A stretch of 64,000 nt of DNA from IMG/VR virus record IMGVR_UViG_3300034111_000335, positions 32,001 through 96,000 of that record. One strand, 5' to 3'. This DNA comes from a virus. The notes below the pieces were generated by a model that saw nothing but the letters and a program-made list of their open reading frames with translations, was not told the DNA's origin and ran no database searches. Of this stretch, positions 62,821-64,000 are shown one piece after another. Position 1 is the first letter of the stretch, and each line of letters starts with the position of its first letter. Both the position numbers and the translations under genes were made by a program.

Positions 62821-63766
62821 TCCAGTAGTCCTCCATTGTATATGCCCACATATCGTTTTCTGAGTGCCATTTTAAGCGTTGAATTGCTTGGTGGAACCCT
62901 TCATACTCCTTACCTAAGTAAGTGCCTCCCATCTTTCCTAAATCCATTAGCTTGTCTGACATCTCATAGATCAAAGGACTACCTGGATACTTCTGACTCT
63001 CTACGATAAATCTAAAGTTATGTATAGTCAAGTTCTCTCCGTAGATATTTAGGTCTGTCTGCTTAAGAGCTTCTGTGTAGAAAGCTGCTTGGAAATCATA
63101 TCTGTGTTTAAGCAACATCTCTACCCAATAGTTTAAAGAAGTTGTGGTTGTTTTAAGGTCAATAGGATATAAGATGTTGTTCACTGTGTCAACTACCACT
63201 AAATCCAAAAGACCCTTACAAGCAATTCCTTCGTATTCAAACTGAAGAGACTGTTGGGTAAATACTTTAAACTGTGAATTCCCTACTACGTACTTAGAAG
63301 TAAAGGGACTCATCTTAAGAGTGTTTGCTACGTTCTGAATGGTTGCATACTGAATAGGACTTACTACTTTCTTTCCTTCCCCAGCAATCAAGTCATCATA
63401 ATAGGCTTTACCCTCTTTCTCGAATCTTTCTCTTACCTTAGCGAGAGTATCACGCTTAAATCCTGCTAATTCGTAGGCTATGTTTTCTGCCATAGTATCA
63501 TTACGATTAGCAAATAGATGCCATACAAAGTCTCCCATCTGTCCTGTAGGTCTTTCTACAGTACTGAAATAGAATTGCTCCATGAATACATCTTCTCCTT
63601 GAGTTAATAATAAATCTACTCCATCACCTATAACTGTTACTTCTGCTGGTTCATCCATGTCAGAATTAGGATCGTAGTTAATATAAAGGTTAGGGTGTAA
63701 AAGTATTTTCTTTAGCCTACTCTGGCTTTGTGCTGTGTTGGATAAATAATCCTCGTCTAAAATCAT
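62798..63766 (-). CDS. RecE/exonuclease VIII-like PD-(D/E)XK nuclease
   Basis: SQSRLK, CKGLLDLV...IDLKTT and YDFQAAFY motifs. Confidence 0.8.
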   Translation of the reverse strand: MILDEDYLSNTAQSQSRLKKILLHPNLYINYDPNSDMDEPAEVTVIGDGVDLLLTQGEDVFMEQFYFSTVERPTGQMGDFVWHLFANRNDTMAENIAYELAGFKRDTLAKVRERFEKEGKAYYDDLIAGEGKKVVSPIQYATIQNVANTLKMSPFTSKYVVGNSQFKVFTQQSLQFEYEGIACKGLLDLVVVDTVNNILYPIDLKTTTTSLNYWVEMLLKHRYDFQAAFYTEALKQTDLNIYGENLTIHNFRFIVESQKYPGSPLIYEMSDKLMDLGKMGGTYLGKEYEGFHQAIQRLKWHSENDMWAYTMEDYWNDGLRIV

Positions 63767-63939
63767 TGCTTCGTAAATTTAATAGTTAGTGTAAACCATA
63801 AGAACCCTAAATGAATACTAAACCTCTCTCTAGAGTTAGTGCGACTAAAAGTTAATATGGGTAAAGGATAGAAGAACCAATAAGGATAATTCCTTTGGCC
63901 TTTGGTTAGTTTGGAAAAGTTACTTACTTGAATCTTCAT
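63763..63939 (-). CDS. Small aromatic-rich hypothetical protein (58 aa, not in ORF track)
   Basis: MKIQVSNFSK...FTLTIKFTKQ*; ATGA overlap with the nuclease start. Confidence 0.55.
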   Translation of the reverse strand: MKIQVSNFSKLTKGQRNYPYWFFYPLPILTFSRTNSRERFSIHLGFLWFTLTIKFTKQ

Positions 63940-64000
63940 GGGTCAAATCATTAAACTCAGGCTTCTCTCTTAAGATATAGGCAATAAACATAGCATTACA
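63920..64000 (-). CDS. C-terminal fragment, possibly dATP/dGTP diphosphohydrolase (DUF5664-like)
   Basis: Only 26 residues visible: CNAMFIAYILREKPEFNDLTHEDSSK*. CNAMF resembles that family's C-terminal motif. Confidence 0.35.
   Translation of the reverse strand, partial: CNAMFIAYILREKPEFNDLTHEDSSK

Larger units (their letters stand above)
1..64000. mobile_element. crAss-like (Crassvirales-type) bacteriophage genome segment, probably infecting Bacteroidota
   Basis: Gene order is TerL, portal, acidic protein, MCP, tail ring/IHF-like/tubular/stabilisation proteins, then giant cargo proteins with a DFDID RNA polymerase. Bacteroidota-type promoters are present. No host housekeeping genes or integrase seen. 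Confidence 0.93.

Noticed and set aside
1-64000. Stop-codon reassignment (TAG/TGA), known in some crAss-like phages
   Set aside because: Giant ORFs are intact in the standard code, coding density is high, TAG ends genes at 5292 and 62362, and no suppressor tRNA was seen

Overview
This window is a 64-kb piece of a crAss-like (Crassvirales-type) podophage genome. The host is probably a Bacteroidota species, judged from TTG-N19/20-TAnnTTTG promoters, A-rich leaders without Shine-Dalgarno, signal peptides cleaved before Gln, and a T9SS sorting signal. Layout on the + strand: (i) 1-5.3 kb, an accessory operon of exported proteins (cohesin + T9SS C-terminal domain, CsgG-like lipoprotein, probable outer-membrane barrel, PA14 + dockerin-like protein); (ii) 5.3-6.1 kb, a structured non-coding region and a divergent promoter/operator switch; (iii) 7.6-28.7 kb, terminase, portal, capsid and short-tail genes; (iv) 28.7-57.8 kb, internal and ejected cargo proteins, including a 2845-aa virion RNA polymerase (DFDID motif); (v) 57.8-60.8 kb, holin/spanin-like genes and a metallophosphoesterase. 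A convergent - strand block follows (GroES, dCMP deaminase, PD-(D/E)XK nucleases). The most notable unexplained signal is that the giant cargo proteins are nearly Cys-free except for Cys at the abutting C- and N-termini of consecutive genes, which suggests a head-to-tail chain with swappable effector cassettes. Family calls come from motif recognition by eye; no database searches were run.
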